The notes under the pieces were generated by a model that saw only the letters and a list, made by a program, of their open reading frames with translations, made no database searches and was not told the DNA's origin. Position numbers and translations under genes: made by a program. A stretch of DNA of 32,000 bases, from NCBI GenBank assembly GCA_050251055.1, contig JBFWNL010000003.1, positions 115,105 to 147,104 on the forward strand, given 5' to 3'. This document shows, piece by piece, positions 28,192 to 32,000 of this stretch; the first letter of the stretch is position 1, and each line of letters starts with the position of its first letter. The DNA is from Bacteriovoracia bacterium (GTDB lineage Bacteria; Bdellovibrionota; UBA1018; JBFWNL01).

Positions 28192-28985
28192 AAAAAGGCA
28201 TGGAAATCGAAATGAAGGTAGGGCTGTTCATCAGCGTGGGGGTGCTGCTGATCATGTTCGCGGTTATCCTGCTGGGCGGGGTCGAAACCTTCCTCACCCG
28301 CCACTCTCTCTATACCGTGCATTACTCCGACTCGGAGGGCGTGATCAAGGGAGCCAAAGTCGCCCTGAACGGAATTCGCGTGGGCATCGTGGAGAACGTG
28401 CGCTTCGACGAGCAGACGAACGACATTGCCATCGATCTTTCTATTAACCACTCTCTCACTCACCTAATCCGCCAGAACGCGGTCGCCGAAATCGCGACCC
28501 AGGGCGTGCTGGGGGACAAATACATCTACATCAAGGCCACCCAAGACGGCTCCCCCGCCCTTCCTCCGGGTTCCACCATCACCTCCGGGACCGGCAAGAA
28601 TCTCACCCAGTTCCTGAGCAGCGGCGAAGAGCTCATGGTGTCGCTTAAGTCCATCGCCCGTAACCTCGACGAGATCCTAAAAGGCTTCCGCGTGAACAAC
28701 CGCTCCGACATCTTCTTCGACAGCCTCACCAAGACCTCCAAGAACATGGCCGAGCTCACGCACAAGCTCAACCAGGAGATGGACCACATCAAGATTAAGA
28801 GCGCGATCGGCAACCTCGACTCGATCATGGCTAAGATCAATAACGGGACCGGCACCCTTGGGGCGCTGGTCAACGACTCCAGCCTCTACGAAGACGTGCG
28901 CTCGCTCTTCGGCGGGGTTAGCCGCAACCGGATCATGCGCAACCTCGTACGCAAGACCGTGAAGGACAACGAAAACAAAGAATAG
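28188..28985 (+). CDS. mlaD: MlaD/MCE-family substrate-binding protein
   Basis: 265 aa; N-terminal TM (KVGLFISVGVLLIMFAVILLGG), MCE domain YTVHYSDSEGVIKGAKVALNGIRVGIVENVRFDEQTNDIAIDLSI. Confidence 0.93.
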   Translation: MKKGMEIEMKVGLFISVGVLLIMFAVILLGGVETFLTRHSLYTVHYSDSEGVIKGAKVALNGIRVGIVENVRFDEQTNDIAIDLSINHSLTHLIRQNAVAEIATQGVLGDKYIYIKATQDGSPALPPGSTITSGTGKNLTQFLSSGEELMVSLKSIARNLDEILKGFRVNNRSDIFFDSLTKTSKNMAELTHKLNQEMDHIKIKSAIGNLDSIMAKINNGTGTLGALVNDSSLYEDVRSLFGGVSRNRIMRNLVRKTVKDNENKE

Positions 28986-29096
28986 ACGACGCCCGAGGGT
29001 TTCGGGTAAACCCTAAGGCGCACTGCGGCATATCCGCATGCGCCGCATCTAAAAAAAACACTCGGATCGCTTTTGCTTTGATGCTACCCCCGGGGC

Positions 29097-29951
29097 ATGA
29101 ATTCCAATCCGTTACGCTGGCTTACCCTCATCGCGGCTCTATTCGTGGCCTGCGGCCCCCTCCCCCAGTCGAATCGGGCTTTTCAGGTGACAAATGGCTT
29201 CCGCGACTTCGAAGGATATTGGGTGGCTGAATATCCACTCGACCAGGAAGGCATCGCTATGGTCTTCCGTATCGATGCCGCCGGCAAATACGAAGTCTTG
29301 CAAAGCGATCCCGTCCGAAAGCTTAGCTTTCAGCCCGTACGGCTAGCCGTGGACCCCGATCAGACGGGCGCCCTCCTCACGGAAACGCTAGCTCAAGGGA
29401 AGACCGCATCGCTCCGGCCAACCCGCCTGCTCACTAGCGAACGCCTGCTGATTGAATCGACCGCTAAAAGCCTTTCCGGTTTCGACTTCACCGCTCGCCG
29501 GGTATCCCCCGAAGCAGCGGAGGCCCGAATCCAGCGGATACAGGTCCGCCTCGATCATCCGGACGCGGTGATCGATAAGCTCAAGCGCCGCGCGCGCGGG
29601 CGCTGGCGGCTTACCTCCTATACGATTTACCGCAACGAGACGATCATTGAGCAACACAGCGCACGTACTGCGATCGAGCCCGCCGCTTGGATGCGTGAAC
29701 TCGACATCTCTTCTGATCGCGTCGTCTACAACGGTGGCACGCATTCCAGCCCGATTTACTATAACCCCCTCTCGCTCTCGTTCAACCTCATCCCCAAGCC
29801 GGCGGGGGAAACCGGCGACTGGAAGACCTTTTATTTCAGCGAAGAGGCCGCTTGGCCTCTCTGCGTCTATACGCGGGAATGGAAAAGGGGCAACGAGGCG
29901 GGCGAGCGGGTCGGCACCCGCCGTGAACTTTGCTATACCCGAAAAAAATAA
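29097..29951 (+). CDS. Orphan predicted lipoprotein of unknown function
   Basis: 284 aa; MNSNPLRWLTLIAALFVACGPLPQ signal peptide plus lipobox; no family recognised by eye. Confidence 0.75.
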   Translation: MNSNPLRWLTLIAALFVACGPLPQSNRAFQVTNGFRDFEGYWVAEYPLDQEGIAMVFRIDAAGKYEVLQSDPVRKLSFQPVRLAVDPDQTGALLTETLAQGKTASLRPTRLLTSERLLIESTAKSLSGFDFTARRVSPEAAEARIQRIQVRLDHPDAVIDKLKRRARGRWRLTSYTIYRNETIIEQHSARTAIEPAAWMRELDISSDRVVYNGGTHSSPIYYNPLSLSFNLIPKPAGETGDWKTFYFSEEAAWPLCVYTREWKRGNEAGERVGTRRELCYTRKK

Positions 29952-29980
29952 GGCCGGTACCCTTGCGGACACCGGCCTTA
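29949..29980 (-). terminator. Rho-independent terminator for the minus-strand sigma-54 activator (stem also present on the plus strand)
   Basis: Perfect 10-bp stem TAAGGCCGGT (29949-29958) / ACCGGCCTTA (29971-29980), 12-nt loop; read on the minus strand it is followed by a run of T (CCTTATTTTTTTC). Confidence 0.85.
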
Positions 29981-30007
29981 AGTATTCTAGCTTTTACCGA
30001 ACGGCGC

Positions 30008-31078
30008 TTAGGCGGAGCCGCTCATGCTGCCCATGTCCATCTCGGCGCCTTCGCGATTCTTCGCGGCCGGGACGATCATGCCGCGCTTGCGGAGTTTTTC
30101 CACAAGCGTGGTGCGGTTCATGCGGAGCAGTTCCGACGCCCGGTTCTTGTTTCCTTGCGTGCGGGCCAAAGCCTGGTCGATCAGGTGGTTCTCGAAAGCG
30201 GCGACGATGGCCTTGAGGTCCACGCCGACGTTCGGGAGCACCATGCGCGGGAATTCGTTTTCCGAGAAATCGGAGACGGCGCCCGTGCCGGCTGGCTTGG
30301 TTTCGGTGAACTTGCGGAAAATGCGGTGAGGCAGATCGCCCAAGTCGACGGAGCCTTGACCCTTCAGGATCACCAGGCGTTCGATCAGGTTCTCGAGCTC
30401 ACGGACGTTGCCCGGCCAGTCGTAGGCCATCAACGCTTCCATGATCTGGCCGCTCGGGGCTTCGACGTTGTGACCGGTCATCGAGTTGAACTGGGCGATG
30501 AAGTGATTCACGAGCAGTGAGATGTCTTCCTTGCGCTCGCGCAGGGCCGGAATCTTCACGGGGATCACGTTCAGGCGATAATACAGGTCTTCGCGGAATT
30601 CTTTCTTCTGGACAGCCTCTTCCAGGTTGGCGTTCGTCGCCGCGATGATGCGAACGTCGGCTTGAATGGTCTTCGAGGAGCCGACTTGCTCATACTGGCG
30701 GGTCTGAAGCACGCGCAACATCTTCACCTGAAGGTGAAGGGGAAGGTCGCCCACTTCATCCAAGAAAAGCGTGCCGCCTTGGGCCGCTTCGAAACGGCCG
30801 ATGCGGTTTTGGGTCGCGCCGGTGAAGGCACCCTTCACATGACCAAAAAGCTCGGCTTCCAGTAGCTCGCCGGGTATGGCGCCGCAGTTCACGATCACCA
30901 GCGGCTTGGTCGCGCGCGTGGAATTTTCGTGGATGGCGCGGGCGACGAGCTCTTTGCCCGTGCCGCTTTCACCAGTAATTAGCACAGTGCTGTCGCTCTG
31001 CGCTACTTTCTGGATCGTACCCATGATGTTCTGGATTGCTTGGCTGTCCCCAACAAATAACGATTTCAAACTGAGCAT
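30008..31078 (-). CDS. Sigma-54-dependent transcriptional activator (AAA+ and Fis-type HTH, no N-terminal receiver domain)
   Basis: [58 protein letters not shown] motif, HTH GNKNRASELLRMNRTTLVEKLRKRG. ATG at 31078 has SD GGGGGG; the track start at 31123 less likely. Confidence 0.95.
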   Translation of the reverse strand: MLSLKSLFVGDSQAIQNIMGTIQKVAQSDSTVLITGESGTGKELVARAIHENSTRATKPLVIVNCGAIPGELLEAELFGHVKGAFTGATQNRIGRFEAAQGGTLFLDEVGDLPLHLQVKMLRVLQTRQYEQVGSSKTIQADVRIIAATNANLEEAVQKKEFREDLYYRLNVIPVKIPALRERKEDISLLVNHFIAQFNSMTGHNVEAPSGQIMEALMAYDWPGNVRELENLIERLVILKGQGSVDLGDLPHRIFRKFTETKPAGTGAVSDFSENEFPRMVLPNVGVDLKAIVAAFENHLIDQALARTQGNKNRASELLRMNRTTLVEKLRKRGMIVPAAKNREGAEMDMGSMSGSA

Positions 31079-31194
31079 CAATGCCCCCCTTTGACCCTTC
31101 CGTGAGTAACGTTTGAGTGTCATTTCTGCGTCGCCTTGGAAGACGCCGCGACAACTTCGTCCAACTCAGCCGTTCAACCCTTGAACCACTGATT

Positions 31195-31211
31195 TGTCAG
31201 ACGTGCTGACA
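31195..31211. promoter_or_regulatory. Operator-like palindrome at the predicted transcription start
   Basis: TGTCAG-ACGTG-CTGACA perfect 6-bp inverted repeat, located 7 nt downstream of the candidate -10. Confidence 0.4.
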
Positions 31212-31217
31212 TGTAAA

Positions 31218-31246
31218 AGGCTAAGCAAAACTTGCCGGGCTGTCAA
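31218..31246 (-). promoter_or_regulatory. Candidate sigma-70 promoter for the 30008..31078 sigma-54 activator
   Basis: Minus strand perfect -35 TTGACA (31241-31246) - 17 nt - TAGCCT (31218-31223). Confidence 0.5.
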
Positions 31247-31452
31247 AATTATTTCTTGAGAAAAATTAGCGACCTAAAAAGTCGAAGCTAAACATCAGGT
31301 TGAGGGTCGAAAAACTGTCGTTTTCTTTCCGCCACTCGAAATCGTCCCGATAGAGAATGCCAGAAATACCCCGCCCAGGCCTCCAGGTGGGTTTTTTGAG
31401 CGCGTTTTCTGACACATTCTCGAGCCTGGTTTTTCCGCATATAATCAGAGGC

Positions 31453-31869
31453 ATGAACGCTTTTCCCCGAGTTTGGATAGTCACCTTGGTCGTTTCGGCT
31501 TCCTGGCCTAGCTTCGCGGCCGACCTGGATCCGGCTCAAGCCGAAGCCTTAGCGAAAACGCAGGCTCTCCTCACCTCCCCGCCAGCAAGAGACAAGGCCG
31601 TGTCCGAAAGTCCCGGCGCTCAGAAGGCGGATCAAAATGTAAGGCATCTCCTAGGTAACGGCGGCAACGCCGAAGCGGCTTACGGGATTTCGTCCCAAGT
31701 TTTCGAGGAGCTGATTCGGGAGAATGGCGGGGATTCTGCCAAAGCCCAGGAGATCTTAGAGAACGCCCAGCGGGACCCGACGAGCTTCTATCAAAGCCTC
31801 AGCCCCGAAAGTCGGCAAGCCATCCAAGATTTGTCAAAAAAGGCAGGACAGGCAACCCACCAGCCCTAG
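31453..31869 (+). CDS. Small predicted secreted/periplasmic protein of unknown function
   Basis: Internal Met at 31453 gives signal peptide MNAFPRVWIVTLVVSASWPSFAA; polar alpha-helical mature part. Track ORF starts at 31357. Confidence 0.55.
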   Translation: MNAFPRVWIVTLVVSASWPSFAADLDPAQAEALAKTQALLTSPPARDKAVSESPGAQKADQNVRHLLGNGGNAEAAYGISSQVFEELIRENGGDSAKAQEILENAQRDPTSFYQSLSPESRQAIQDLSKKAGQATHQP

Positions 31870-31885
31870 CGAAGCCGCACGGGGA

Positions 31886-32000
31886 TTACTCGTTGAATTC
31901 TTTCTTAAGCAGGACGCGGGTTTCTTCGAGGCGGCTCTTCAGCCCGGGAATCTGCTCTTGAAGCTCACGGATCTTCTGCTCGTGACTCCGGACCTGTGCT
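31886..32000 (-). CDS. C-terminal end of a coiled-coil protein (partial, off right edge)
   Basis: Minus frame open to edge: AQVRSHEQKIRELQEQIPGLKSRLEETRVLLKKEFNE*; heptad-like, high K/E/Q/L. Confidence 0.55.
   Translation of the reverse strand, partial: AQVRSHEQKIRELQEQIPGLKSRLEETRVLLKKEFNE

Noticed and set aside
29015-29060. GCGGC...GCCGC stem followed by an A-tract after mlaD as a terminator
   Set aside because: The tract is A, not T, for the plus-strand transcript and there is no minus-strand gene ending there; the nearby AGGGTTT/AAACCCT (28996-29014) hairpin also lacks a U-tract.
31224-31240. CGGCAAGTTTTGC upstream of the second activator as a sigma-54 promoter
   Set aside because: Only 8 nt between GG and GC; the overlapping TTGACA-N17-TAGCCT fits sigma-70 better.
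1-32000. CRISPR arrays, transposons, phage, toxin-antitoxin or restriction modules
   Set aside because: No direct-repeat arrays, transposase/integrase signatures or recognisable defence genes were seen on either strand.

Overview
This window is mostly one dense minus-strand flagellar export / basal-body / hook gene cluster. In transcription order it reads TPR protein, sigma-54 activator, flgB, flgC, fliE, fliF, fliG, fliH, fliI, [insertion], fliJ, MotE-like, fliK, flgD, TIGR02530-type protein, flgE, fliL, fliM, fliN, fliO, fliP, fliQ, fliR, flhB (running off the left edge). A three-gene plus-strand solute-transport cassette (SBP_bac_3-like protein, DAACS-family symporter, PotD-like protein) sits between fliI and fliJ. 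To the right are a plus-strand Mla-type lipid transport operon (lipoprotein, MlaE, MlaF, MlaD), an orphan lipoprotein, a second receiver-less sigma-54 activator on the minus strand, a small secreted protein, and the end of a coiled-coil protein. Gene content and order suggest a delta-proteobacterial/Bdellovibrionota-like genome, but that is inference and no rRNA is present. I found no CRISPR, tRNA, rRNA, transposase or phage genes. I see no clear new defence or mobile system. The main points worth checking are: the transport cassette splitting fliI/fliJ; AMIN-like N-termini on FliO and on a 946-953 aa TPR protein; a near-perfect sigma-54 promoter in front of the TPR protein/activator pair; two receiver-less sigma-54 activators, one with an operator-like palindrome at its predicted start site; and a His-rich repeat linker in FliL.
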